A stretch of 64,000 bases of DNA. It comes from Octopus sinensis. Lineage: Eukaryota. How positions within the stretch are numbered: position 1 is the first letter of the stretch; every line of letters starts with the position of its first letter. The DNA lies in NCBI RefSeq assembly GCF_006345805.1, contig NC_043004.1:38254001-38318000 (forward strand), in the 5' to 3' direction. The notes beneath the pieces are model-generated. The model saw nothing but the letters and a program-made list of their open reading frames with translations, ran no database searches and had not been told where the DNA came from. Shown here one piece after another: positions 1 to 14,319 of the stretch. The translations under genes and the position numbers were made by a program.

Positions 1-77
1 GTGTCACGCAGTGGGACTGAACCCGGAACCATGTGGTTGGTAAGCATGCTACTTAGCACGCAGCCACTCCTACGCCT
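1..77 (-). mobile_element. Head of abundant octopus-type (OK-like) tRNA-derived SINE, cut by the window edge
   Basis: Reverse complement AGGCGTAGGAGTGGCTG..GGTTCCGGGTTCAGTCCCACTGCG, matching copies at 20165-20342, 27722 and 57236. Confidence 0.8.
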
Positions 78-311
78 TAGTTGTGTTAGATGTAGGAAAT
101 CTTTTAATGCTGAAAGCGCGAACAAGTTTCCAGCGCAACTCAACAAGAATAATTCCATGTACTCAGCGTTATATGGAAGTGGAAAAAAAAAGAGAAGAAA
201 TGAAGTTGACTGTTACACATGTACACACACACACACACTACACGTTCTTTCATAGATGATATCTGATTCAAATATTCATTAGAGCGTTCACTAAGAAATA
301 GTGCGATAAAA

Positions 312-1008
312 ATATATTCCTTCGCACACCGGGCAGAATGCTTAGCGGCATTTTATCCATCTTCATGTTCTGAGTTCAAATTCCGCCGAACTCCACTTTG
401 CCTTCCATCCCTTTTGGGGCTTGCCAAAATAATTACCAATACTGAAGATGATGTAAAAGGTGACATACAGGCAAAATCAATAGCACATCGGACAAACTGT
501 TTCGCAGTAATTGTTTTCCACGTTTTAAGTTCTGGCTTCAAATCCCGCCTATGACAACTTTGCCTTCCATCCTTCATGGGGTGCTGGTGATAAAGTAAAG
601 TACCAGTCGAGATCTGACACGCTGTATATATATATATATACTATATATATATATATATATACACATTTCATTTTTATGGATAACACCATACAAAATTTTG
701 GTGCATCTAAATTAAGTACCATATTTCATTGAATCTAAATTTTTGCTGAATTATATATATATATATATACTTTATTTAAAGCGCAGAAAATTCAACAAAA
801 CCTGTTACTCTGAGTATGTATATATATATATATATATATTACTATATATATATATATACTCAGAGTAAACAGGTTTTGTTTGAATTTCTGCTGCTTTAAA
901 ATAAAGTATATATTATATATATCAGTTCAGCAAAAATTTAGATTCAAATGAAATAGGGTACTTAATTAGATGACCAGAATTTTGTATGGTGTTATCCATA
1001 AAAATGAA

Positions 1009-1046
<38 letters not shown>

Positions 1047-1385
1047 TATATAATTATATATATATTATTTATATATATATACAGCGTGTCAGATCTCGAT
1101 GGTACTTTACTTTATCACCAGCACCCATGAAGGATGGAAGGCAAGTTGTCATAGGCGGGATTTGAAGCCACGAACTTAAAACGTGGAAAACAATTACTGC
1201 GAAACAGTTTGTCCGATGTGCTATGATTTTGCCTGTATGTCACCTTTTACATCATCTTCAGTATTGGTAATTATTTTGGCAAGCCCCAAAAGGGATGGAA
1301 GGCAAAGTGGAGTTCGGCGGAATTTGAACTCAGAACATGAAGATGGATAAAATGCCGCTAAGCATTCTGTCCGGTGTGCGAAGGA

Positions 1386-1391
<6 letters not shown>
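312..1391. repeat. About 1.08-kb palindrome centred on (TA)n
   Basis: 312-816 is the reverse complement of 857-1391, differing mostly by single-base indels. Confidence 0.95.
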
Positions 1392-1420
<29 letters not shown>

Positions 1421-1743
1421 TACGAGGGTAAGTAAAAAATTATTCGTACTTTTGCCATAATATATCTTAATTATTGTCACACTGCGTTCTGCGCATGTAT
1501 GCATAGAGTTGGTACTATTGTCGTCACGTGATCGAAGTTTGAGCCTGATCGCGCCATTTTTCTTTTTGGCTTTATAGTGTAATCGTGGCCACTCCACTAG
1601 CAATGTGCACCAAAGAAAAACGAAGAGCAGTGATCCGAGAGTTGGTAATGGAGAACCGGTCCACCATTACCATCTTTCGAGCTTGCTGAATCTTGTTGTC
1701 AATGGTGGAGGTTGATGGGCGTCCTGCTCCTTCTTTGTGCATA
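1421..1743. mobile_element. Rearranged mariner (Tc1/mariner) 5' fragment
   Basis: TA+CGAGGG terminal-repeat start at 1421. Plus strand encodes VATPLAMCTKEKRRAVIR (mariner N-terminus, 1585-1638). The next helix-turn-helix segment HKEGAGRPSTSTIDNKIQQARKMVM lies on the minus strand (about 1640-1743). Confidence 0.7.
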
Positions 1744-1763
1744 AGTAGATCTAGTATGTTGGG

Positions 1764-1842
<79 letters not shown>

Positions 1843-2789
1843 ATGTATGTATGTATGTATGTATGTACGTTTGTGAGTGTGTGCGTGTAATGTCTTTGTG
1901 TCGGTCCCCCAGCACTGCTTGACAACTGATGGACCGATAGAATAAGTATCAGGTTTCAAAAATATGTACTGGAGCAATTCCTTCGACTAAAGTTCTTCAA
2001 GATGGTACCCAGCATGGCCGTAGTCTAATGACTCATATAAGAGAAATATAATAATATAATGTAATGTAATACAATACATATATATCATTCAACTACTACC
2101 GTAGTTGAATAATATTCTTAAGGCCGAAATTAACTCATACGTAGCATATTCCAGAGCTTGTGGCTAATTCAGTTCTTAACTAAATTGAAAACTATTAACA
2201 TTTTTGAAGAGGACTGGTCCCTATCTACATTTTGGCATAGAAAATTGAGATTTGGTCCAGTAGAAAAAAGTTTGCATCAAAATTTGTAACAACGTTATAG
2301 GAGAGTAAGAAACGCCACCAATCAAGTTTCAATCTAAATAACTTTTTTATTTTAAGAGCAAAATATATTTATCTTAGCTTCAATTATAGAAGAAATCATG
2401 AAGAATTTTGTAGTTTTGGTCCCAGGCAACAAAACTTTGTATCAAAAAAGTTGTGAGGTAAAATATCATGACAAAAATATCGGCAAAAAATTGGATTTAA
2501 GTATAATTAACATTTTATTTTAAAATCAAACTATATTTTAATTAAGCTTAAATGATAAAGCTCAATTCGAAGAATTTCATGGTATCAATCTCATGCAATG
2601 GAATTTTAAAAGAAAAAATTATGAGTATTTTTTCTCAAATTTGTGGATAATAATATAGTTCTATACATTTTTATGAATATAATTCTATACGAGACTTTTA
2701 ATATATGTAACCGGCATCATTGAGGCAAGGAAAACATTATCAATGACACCGCTAATTGACACATTTGACACGTTATTAATTAGCGTAAT

Positions 2790-3545
2790 ACCATAGCCTG
2801 GAAAAGACATGGATTACATGGAAAAATGCGATCAAGAGAATAATCTTAAGAATATTATTTTGTGTGGTGCACAACATGAGTGATGGGAAGTTATAAAATG
2901 CATGAGCTAGAGTGTGCATAATGTTATGCTTGTCAGATAAAGTGGGATCTCTATAAATGTCATCTAGGATATTTGTGTTCGGTAGGGCTACAACCCCAAG
3001 TGTGGAGCAATAATCAATTGTGGACTTTAAATGAGCTTTGTAGGGCGTCAGTAGTAGTAGTTTTGATGGCGTGATTGAGGTGAGGAAGTTTCTAGTGCCG
3101 AGGAGAAGAGCTGTGTTAAGGATCTGTTTCAACCAAGAGAGAAGCTTGATGAGAGACCTTGAATATGGAATGGTCGTAAAGGTCGTAGCTGTGTTCTATT
3201 TGTGAATAAGGGAGGTGTGATATGAAAATAGATTTTCTTTTATTAGTGTAAAGATTATGGTATTTTTCTTGTTTTTTTTAAAGGAGAAAGATTGGTATGG
3301 TGTCACGGTAACATGCTTCTGAGACTTCAGCTCATGGAATCACAGTACGTTTTCCGTGTGGTGTCTTGGTTGCACCTTGGCGATGCAGAGCTGAGGAATA
3401 TTAACGATGAATGAAGGATCAATGCGTTAGAGTGAGCATTCAAGGAAATGAGAGCAAGCAGATTGTTGAAGCTTAGCACGAAAGGAGTAGGGATTGGGAC
3501 AAATCCATAAGCTGGAGCACTCCAGGTATGATACAATATGGAACA
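2790..3545 (-). mobile_element. Highly decayed CR1/L2-group LINE RT fragment
   Basis: Minus-strand TPSKLLLLTPYKAHLKSTIDYCST resembles the post-RT motif TPxQLLxLYKAQIRPxLEYCS. Degenerate GVPQG/INDLL-like remnants lie upstream. Confidence 0.5.
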
Positions 3546-3626
3546 GCTATACCTGCACCTACATTCAAAGGTACATACATACATAATACATATATATATA
3601 TACTCATATATACAGATATATAATTA

Positions 3627-3681
<55 letters not shown>

Positions 3682-4007
3682 ATGTATGTATGTATGTATG
3701 TATGTATGTATGTATATGTGTGTGTGCGTGTGTGTGCTTTCGGTGCGAATGGTTTTGTTAAGCGGTGTCGAGTTTTACAATTCTGTAAATAATAATAATA
3801 ATGGTATTTATGAAAGCGTAGAGCTTATAGCGATCACCGTGCACGGAAGATAGTCTAATAATGGGGCATATAAGCCCTCGACTGAAAAAGTAGGCTTTCT
3901 CGTACGTATGGGACTCGAACCCACATCCCTTTGTTGACGCGTCTAAGTATGTTATCGATTACACACATATATATATGTAGATGTATATATGTATAAATAA
4001 GTGTGCG

Positions 4008-4041
<34 letters not shown>

Positions 4042-4507
4042 TATATGACATATACCCATACACATATATATGTGTGTAACACAAACACACATACACACAC
4101 AAACAACACACACACACATGCACACACACATACAAACACACACACATACAAACACAGACACGCACACACAGATAGACAGATAAATACATGCATACATAAT
4201 ACATACATACATACATACATACATACATACATACATACATACATACATACATACATAGGTAGATAATTTACTGAGAGATTTATGATCCCTTGATCTGTCA
4301 AATACAACAGATGGGCAAAATTGTTAAACTTCGAACGATGGTAGACGGCCGAATATGTCATTATATTCCACATCTTGCATTGAGTATTTTTTTCTGTTCT
4401 TCCTTATGAAACATGCATATATATATGTTTGTGTGTGTGTGCGTGTGTGTGTGTGTGTCTGTCGGTCTGTATGTATTTGTGCGTTTGTGTGTGCGTGTGT
4501 GTCTGTG

Positions 4508-4572
<65 letters not shown>

Positions 4573-4675
4573 ATTGATAGATAAATAGATAGATAGAAAG
4601 ATAGATAGTTAGATAGACAGACAGACAGACAGACAGATAGATATGTTTCTTTATTAGCCACACAGGGCTGCAGAC

Positions 4676-4732
<57 letters not shown>

Positions 4733-4773
4733 CATACATACATACATACATACATACATACATACATAGATAA

Positions 4774-6584
4774 GTTTCTTTATTGGCCACACAGGGCTGC
4801 ACACAGATGAGACAAGTTGCAAGGTAGAGCTTTTCTTTTGGGGGAGAAAAAAAAAAGTGGCGTAGGTTTTCGATCAAAAGGGATCGTAAAAGGGAAAAAA
4901 GAACAAAAAAAAAGAAAAAAAAGAAAAGGAAAAGAAAAAAAAGAAAAAGGGAAAAGGAACAAAAAGAAAAGAAAATGAAAAAAGAAGAAAAAAAGAGGAA
5001 AAAAAGGGGAGAGGAAAAAAAAACGATCAATAGGGATCGTGTATAACAGTGTCATGATGTATGGTGTAAAGCAAGTAAGGTTTATCCGTGGGAAGAAACG
5101 CCTACGAAAAAGACCACGGTAACCTTGGTCAATATTGTTATATGTTACCACATTTGTTTGCAAGTGGGTAACCCTCTGTTTTCAATTTTTGGGTTCATAG
5201 GATTATGCTCAAGGTGGCTTCGTCATTCATACGTGCCATCCTTGCTGCATTCACCCATCTTTTTTTAAAACGTTCGCTAGACAAAACTTGCCTCTCTACT
5301 CTCACTTTCCTTTTCAAGTGGTACTTGAAGAAGTTGATGAGAGGTTGACTAGAGAGGAAAGTGTTTGTCTCCAATCCTTTCAGACGCGTCCACCAGATAC
5401 ATTCTTTCGCCATAGCCACAAAGATGATGAAAATAGCCCTTCCTTCCCGTTTGAAGGAAGGAGGCGTGACAATATTGACGATAGACTCAGCTGATAAACC
5501 GACTCGTCCCACACGTGACAGCAGTTGTTCGACATAAGCCCACAGGTCGGAAATTGTTGGACACTGCACGAGTGTGTGCAGACCTGCCCGCATCTCGGGC
5601 AGGTCGGCCCCGTGTTTCTCGAGCCGTGTCTGTAGAGCTTATCCCGAACGGGTAGCGCTTCTCGGTAACACTGCCAGGCCAGGGATCTCTGGAAGTTGTC
5701 CATGGGCCCTGGCCCGAAATCGTCCCGAACAGGCGGGTCAGGTATTCCTCGTCGACGTCCAGGTTCGCCCCGAGCTCGTCGTCGTACCTCCCCTCCACTA
5801 ATCCCCTAATAGAATGCTTTGGTTTGTGATGGAGTCACTCAAGGTTGACGCAGGACGGCAGAGTTGGCTTGAGAGCAACGCGACACTCGCGGTGCCATTC
5901 GCCTTCCTCGGCCTCTTTTTGATCCACGATTGGCAGTTCGGTCATGGAGACGAGCTGCGGGAAAGCGTGCCTCACAAACGGCGACCACACCTGTTCACCG
6001 TCGGCTACGCATCATCAACCACGGCATGCCCAGTCCTCCTTTTAACGGGTGTTGACAGCAAATGGATCGCCTGACAAGAGCGAAAGAGAATGCGTTCTAG
6101 TTTGGTGATGGTAGGGTCGGGACAAGGCACGACGCTCAGGTGGTAGTAGATGACGGACGCGATGTACGTTTTCGCCACCTCCACCCGACCTTTTAGGGAC
6201 AGTTACCTCTCGGCCCCATGCCGGGCGAGAGTGACCACCCTACTCGTTATCTCGTTCCAATTCTTCTCCATTTGGAGGTCCGGACCGAACCAGACCCCGA
6301 GCAACTCGACCGGACCGTCGGTCCAGCGTCCCACAACGGAGGCGCTGGTGGACGGCATGGGCTTGCTTCTCCAGGTGCCTAGTCGCAAGCCCACTGACTT
6401 TTCCCGGTTGATTTTTGCTCCTGTCACCGCTTCGTAGTTTTTCAGTGTCTCGCCGACCTGCTCGATGTGCTCGTGGCTAGACACTATGACGGTGACGTCG
6501 TCCGCGTATGCAGACACGCTCGTCTCGCATCCCAGTTCTCGCGGGATGCCCCTCAGAGTTGCCAGCTTCCGCAATAGTGGCTCG
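4774..6584 (-). mobile_element. 5'-truncated L1/Tx1-clade non-LTR retrotransposon (RT C-terminal half, zf-RVT, 3' UTR)
   Basis: Minus-strand ORF pieces: [13 protein letters not shown] (RT), LLGVWFG, LAWQCYREALPVRDKL..CPRCGQ (zinc finger), AKECIWWTR. The 3' end has AATAAA running into (TATC)n/(TATG)n. Frameshifted, GC- and CpG-rich. Confidence 0.85.
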
Positions 6585-6663
6585 ATAGATACATAGATAG
6601 ATAGGTAGGTAGGTAGGTAGGTAGGTAGGTAGGTAGGTAGATAGACAGATAGGTAGATAGATG

Positions 6664-6732
<69 letters not shown>

Positions 6733-6737
6733 GTAGC

Positions 6738-6891
<154 letters not shown>

Positions 6892-7506
6892 CATTAATAC
6901 ATACATACATACATACATAGATAAGGATATAGATAGTTATATCTTTATAGATACAGATAGATAAATATATAGACTGATATAACTGAATATAGATATACGA
7001 GTATGCATATATACATATATGTGTGTCTGTATGCATATTTGTTTGAGGATATGTATACACATCTGTGTATGTATGTATGTACGTATGTATGTACGCATGT
7101 AGGAATCAATATGTATTAAAAATAAATACTAAAAGAGAAAACGACATCAGGAAGCGACAAAACACAGGAGTAATGCACACTTAATATCCAACTACATTAA
7201 AGCAACCTGAAAACATACAATAGAAAGGAAGAAAAAAGGGAACATAAGGAAGAGATATTGAGCTACGAAAACAAAGAAAAACACGAATGTACCCCTACCC
7301 GCCCTCGACTCTGACTTCCAGCACAACCTTGCCACCATCACCCATAACCCCTCCTGTTATTGGTCAACAGATTCTAGCTTGTAGTGAGCAATATTGTTGT
7401 TTGTCTTGTTTGTTGCTTTTGTACTTGCTTGTAGTTTTTTCCACAGCAACACAACAACAAAAAGAAAAAGAAGAATAAATGACAATCATGAATTAATATT
7501 CATACT

Positions 7507-7564
<58 letters not shown>

Positions 7565-7733
7565 TACACACAGATACATATACGCAAAAATGTATGTATA
7601 ATTATATATGCATGTACATACGTACACTCATAGCGCACGGACGAACAAAAACGCAATATCGTACCAACAATCCTATAATACTATTCCACATATACAAAAC
7701 AGTCATACCTACAATCCAACATACCTCCATCAT

Positions 7734-7765
<32 letters not shown>

Positions 7766-8573
7766 TGTATGTATGTATGTATGTATGTATGTATGTATGC
7801 ATGCTTGTGTGTGTGCATGTTTGTGTGTATGCATGTATGTATGTATGTATGCATTATGTATGCATGTATGTATGTATATATGTATGTATGCATTATGTAT
7901 GTATGTATATATGTATGTATGTATGCATTATGTATGCATGCATGTATGTATGTATGTATGTATATATGTATGTATGTATATATGTATGTATGCATGTTTG
8001 TGTGTGTGCATGTTTGTGTGTATGCATGCATGTATGTATGTATGCATTATGTATGTATGTATATATGTATATATGTATGTATGTAGTATGTATGTATGCA
8101 TGTTTGTATGCATGCATGCATGTATGTATGTAAGTATGTAAGTATCCATACATACATCTAAGTACATATATTTATGTGTGCATATGTGCACGTATACAGT
8201 TATAATCTTACACAGATATACACACGCACACACATGCACACGCATAGACACACACACACACAACATACAGAGACACACACTAACACGCATACATACACAA
8301 GCACAAACGCATTTGCAAAACGCGCATGCAAGCAGACCAATCACAAATATAAAACCCAAGTTTAGTTTAAGTCAAAATCCCTCATCGACAACAGACCGAT
8401 ATATCACAATATAATATTTATCCAGGTTTTATTTCCATTAAAGAGTTCGGACTGAACTGTCAATCAACAGGATATGGAGACATGCATCATATTCATCTCC
8501 AAAGAAGAAAGAGAAAAATATCTAAAAACAAAAAAACCCCGGATGACTGTCATATTTTTCTTTGTTTATTACA

Positions 8574-8609
<36 letters not shown>

Positions 8610-8856
8610 TTGGTATTTACAATTTGTCATTTATTATAGGACTCTGCCTTTTGTTACGGATCATGTCGCTTATCACTTGTTTCGATTTCTGTTGTCTTTT
8701 CTCTTTTCCGTATTTAATCGTCTTGCTTTTCTGGTTTCTTCAGTATTTCGGACATAAAGAGACAATTATAGATTTAGAAAGATTTGGAAATTTAAGGAAA
8801 ATCAGGCTAAAACTATCCGCGAGTATGTGGAAAGTTAGTGATACTATATAACCTAT

Positions 8857-9350
8857 AAATGCTTGCATGTACAAAAATATACATGCATGCATTCATACAT
8901 CCATTCATGCATACGTATATATACATACAATCTTATAGATAAAGACACACACACACACACATATGTATATGTATATACGTATGTTTGTATTTACATTTCA
9001 ATGTACGTATGTATGTGTATATGTACGTATGTATGCACATACTTAAGTACATCTGTGTATAGACAAATCTGATATACACATCCAATACTATAACCACACT
9101 GTTACAAAGAAACAATATATAAATTGGATGTGTATATCAGATTTGTCTATACACAGACGTACTTAAGTATGTGCATACATACGTACATATACACATACAT
9201 ACGTACATTGAAATGTAAATACATACATACGTACATACATATACATATGTGTGTGTGTGTCTTTATCTATAAGATTGTATGTATATATATACGTATGCAT
9301 GAATGGATGTATGAATGCATGCATGTATATTTTTGTACATGCAAGCATTT
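8857..9350. repeat. Inverted repeat, 230-bp arms, 36-bp spacer
   Basis: 8857-9086 versus 9123-9350, with few substitutions. Confidence 0.95.
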
Positions 9351-10605
9351 TTGAAGACTGGTCATAGATTTTTCAGGCATATTTTAGTGCGGGACAATAT
9401 ATGAAAGACAGTAGTCAGTCTATATGCACTAATAACTTCATATGGGTGTTTGTGTGTGTGTCTGTGTGTGTGTAGTGTGTTGATAGAGAGGTTATGGCGA
9501 GGGCCAGAAACCTATGATGTAATTGGTCAAGATCCTTGCATTCAGCGTTCAGATTCTGTCGAGGTCAACATTGTCTTCAAAACGTTTGTCGTCGACATTA
9601 GGTACCAATCAAGAGCGACGGATTGGGGGGAATTACTAAGCTGTCCATTGGGATACCTTGTAGTATTTAATGTAGCCCTTTGTGTTCTAGCTGCAACGTC
9701 TCTGGTGCAAGCTCTATCGTCCCTAATGTGGCAACCATTCACTTGGACAACATTGTTGGCACAGTGAAAGGAGGCTTGCACGCATGTCTCTCGAAATATA
9801 AATAACTTTGCCCAGACATACGCGCTCATAAGTAGATAAATGGCGAACATTGACTGACATACACAACACCTGTGTATATGTGTGTGTGTGTGTGTATGTG
9901 CAAATGTGTGTGCGTGTGTCTATGTGTGTGTGTATATGTGAGTGTGTGTGTGCATGTGTCTATGTGTGTGTGTGTAATATTTTATGCACCCGCCTTTTGC
10001 CACCCAGGGCGGTGAGCAAACACTCTAATTTTGTTACCTTTTTATTGCAAATATCTGATATGCTGATGAAAGTTTAACATTCATTTAATGTTTCTGGGAA
10101 AATTTTTCCTTTAGGTAATTTTTTAAAATGTTCGTTTTTGAAAGCGCCGAAATGTGTATTGTACGATACAATTAGAGGATTTTTGTTTCTTGAACGCGTC
10201 CAAAAAAAATGGTTTTATATATCTATATACAGGTAGAGGTGCATTTAGCTTGCTAGCGTCTAAATATGCGAATGAAGTTGTCAGTGGAAAAGTTTAGCTT
10301 AATGGTAAAGCACTCAGCCGGAGTCTTTGATAATGTGGGTTCGAGTCACATGGCTGTTTGTTGAAAGTTTTTTCCCGCTTTGTAAGGGTAATTTACCCAA
10401 TATTTCTGCTGTTCTGACGGCGTATATGCGTTGGAAAAAACAAAAAACAAAAAAAATATCATCCACTTATATCGTACAACGCATATATAAATGACTTACT
10501 GTTCCGTTATTGGTGAAATCAGCATGGAATTAATAATACCAGATTAAATTTAAATTGTGATGTATTAAATATGTTGTTTTTCTTCTCATTGCAAATAAGT
10601 TATAC

Positions 10606-10665
<60 letters not shown>

Positions 10666-10884
10666 TATATATAATCATGTATGTATATATCTATATATCT
10701 ATATATCTATATATCTATAATAGATATATATATATAAAATATATATATACAAACACCCACACACACACACACGCACACGTAACTATACATAAGATGTGTA
10801 TGTGTATATATATATGTATTGTCTATAATACAAAGGTAGGCAGATGGATAGATACACACACACATTATATATTGTTGTATATTA

Positions 10885-10915
<31 letters not shown>

Positions 10916-11530
10916 TGTTTGGATTAACTATATATATATATATATAATGAAAGAATGGAGCTGAAACAACGATTTAACAAAATTCCTTTATTCTCGACAT
11001 AAAGGAATTTTGTTAAATCGTCGTTCAACTCCATTCTTTCATTTATTGTATTAAAAAAGTACACAAATTTCTACACGAAAGCACGTGATCTCTACCCTTG
11101 GCATGTTGCTTCAACCGTGTTTTTCTGACGTGAATTTGCTACCCAGGTATCGGTTAACCGAATTATCCATACTAAGATAATTCATTCAACTACTTATATC
11201 TATATATATATATATAACCGGTATACGCAGTTCAGGCAGTATTAAATAAGAAAATGTCATCTATATACCATGCTTCATATTACATATATATAAACGTTAA
11301 TAAGCCAGATACTGCGATATTTGTACTGAGATAACATGTCTTATGGACGTGCTGTGTTAAAGCCTCAATAAATATCGGCGGGTGAAGAAAATCGGATTCA
11401 GTAGCGACCAGCAAGAGCGCCAGATGTATCTCAGCCTTGTTGGTCCTTTACATTGAAATATACTGCTAGATATCCGGACGACAATTCGTAACATCTGATA
11501 TAGGAAACTGAACAAAAAATACTATTTTGG

Positions 11531-11996
11531 GGATCTAATCGTTTTGAACGGCAGTTTTTAACATAATTTCTAGGTAACTAAAAAATTTTAAACTTTGTAT
11601 ACTGGTAGAATGTGTTTATAAAACATCTTTTTCTCTTGGCTTTATTGAGAAAAGTCTATGGTTTCTAAGATATTTGTTGTTTTTTTCCACTTCAATTTCT
11701 GCAATTTTAACCAATCACTGACGTATTTGAGGTAAAAAAAACATTCCGTGCCGTATGAATATGTCCCTCGTTTAAGAAACAGATTCGGTTTATTTACATT
11801 TGTGAAGAAAAAAAAGATACCCTTTCCCCCACCCCTAACCCTAACCCTAACTAACTCTAACTAACCCTAACTAACCCAAACTAACCGTAACCCTAAAATA
11901 GATTGAAATGCAATAGATCGATACTAGGGTCATAATTATGGGTGACAATTTCATATGACACCGCTAGAAAAACTGCCGTTCAAGCCGAAAAGATCC
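11531..11996 (+). mobile_element. MITE with GGATC...GATCC TIRs and internal (TAACCC)n, copy 1
   Basis: About 29-bp TIRs (GGATCT..TCG.TTTGAACGGCAGTTTTT / AAAAACTGCCGTTCAAGCCGAAAAGATCC). Telomere-like tract at about 11834-11896. Homologous to 16842-17368 and 19002-19447. Confidence 0.85.
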
Positions 11997-12269
11997 CTTT
12001 GAAGTATTCCGAAGATACAGAGATGATGAACTGTAGTAGATTTGATTATTTTCAGAAAATATTCTAATAAAACAGGGATGTGTTTTATGCGAGATGCATC
12101 TTATACGCCGGTAAACACGGTAGTGTAAATAATATTACATTCTCTAGAATGTATTGAGCACAACGTTCCTCTTTCGGTAAGAGACTAGACCAGTCAAATA
12201 CATATACGTATTAAGGCATGTATCATGTACGCGTTTTGTAAATGTACATATGTGTGTGTGTGTGTGTGT

Positions 12270-12316
<47 letters not shown>

Positions 12317-12539
12317 GTGTGTGTGTCCGTGTGTGTAGTATAATGTATCTATATCGATAGCTACTTACCAGTGAAACCTCGTGAGTCATGGAAAGAGAGA
12401 AAACATGCATGAGTGGATCCGGAAAGTTAGTTGAAAATAAGATTCAACAAAAATGCTGGAAAATTTCCGCTGGGAACCCTGCTTATATTTGGACTAAAAG
12501 GAAGCATTTCTTTTATATAGTAGAATGGACTGTCCTGGA

Positions 12540-12590
12540 ATATCAATATGAATCATTGCCCACATACACTTATACACGCACACACACAAG

Positions 12591-12648
<58 letters not shown>

Positions 12649-13085
12649 TGTATATATGAATGTATAAATATATGTACATATATATGTGTATATATACATA
12701 TATAAGTATATATATATATGTATATGTATATATACACATATTTATGTGCACACATACATATATAATTACATGTATATATTAGTACATACATTTCTATATA
12801 TATACTTATATATATGTATGTATATATATATATATATATTATATATATATATATATATACTATATATTATATACACACATATATATACATATACACATAC
12901 ACATACATATATGTATATTATTCATACGTACATGCATATGTATATAATAATAATATATAATATATATATATATATATATTAATATATATATATATACGCA
13001 TATATATATATACATATATATATACATATATTTATATAACATACATACATATATACTTGCATATATATATCTATATATGTATATA

Positions 13086-13161
<76 letters not shown>

Positions 13162-13450
13162 GTGTGTATGTATACATACATATATATACATATATACACA
13201 TATATACATACATATACATATATACATGTACACATCCACGCGTTTTGTTTGACCACATCTTAATAATGCAAATGCAGATATATATATTTTCCGTTTGTTG
13301 TTGTGACAATGTTTATGAGTGGATTTTACTGTCTAAACATTTCTGTATACATACATACATACATACATACATACATACATACATACATACATACATACAA
13401 ACATACATACATACATACACACACACATCACACACATCACACACGCACAC
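12540..13450. repeat. Compound (TA)n/(TG)n/(CATA)n microsatellite block, representative of many
   Basis: Direct reading. Similar blocks at about 3950-4770, 6585-7100, 7735-8150, 17870-18090, 33285-33610, 57110-58830 and 59970-60460. Confidence 0.98.
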
Positions 13451-13718
13451 TCGCACGAAGATAGAGGCAAGTTGACGTTTAGGAGTATACATGTATTGCA
13501 TTTTGCTCATATGTTTTCATGTTTAGTGTGTGTGTGTGTCATTCTTATGTATCGTTATTCTTTTCAAAAGAAACTCGTCTTATATAGTGTTTTAATTACG
13601 TGTGTTTGTGTATATGGCAATGGTTGTGCATGAAGTAGGGAGGCGGATGGAGTATCTTCTGGGGGTTTATTACATATAAATAATGCAATCACATAAAAAT
13701 GCACACACACACACACAC

Positions 13719-13837
<119 letters not shown>

Positions 13838-13903
13838 ATGTATATATATATGTATATATATATATATAGGTTGATGGACAGACAGACAGACAGACAGACA
13901 GAC

Positions 13904-13975
<72 letters not shown>

Positions 13976-13989
13976 GGATAGATAGATAA

Positions 13990-14288
13990 CTTTCTTTATT
14001 GGCCACACAGGGCTGGACACAGAGGGGACAATTACAAATGTAGAGCTTTTCGTTTTGGAGATGGAAAAGGAAAAAGAAGAAAAAAAGGAAACAAATATAA
14101 AATTTCGATCAAAAGGGATCGGGAGGAAAAACAAAGCGATCAAAAGGGATCGTGTATCACAGAAAGAAAAAGTTTTTTTTTTTTTCAAAGTAACAAACAA
14201 GATTAGGTTCATCTGTGGAAAGAAAAGCCTACAGAAAAGACCACGGTAACCTCAAGCATGGAGGAAATAAACGCATGAGAGCAAAGTG

Positions 14289-14319
<31 letters not shown>

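Noticed and set aside
11834-11896. (TAACCC)n as a true or relic telomere or fusion site
   Set aside because: Short, degenerate, and at the same internal position of three MITE copies.
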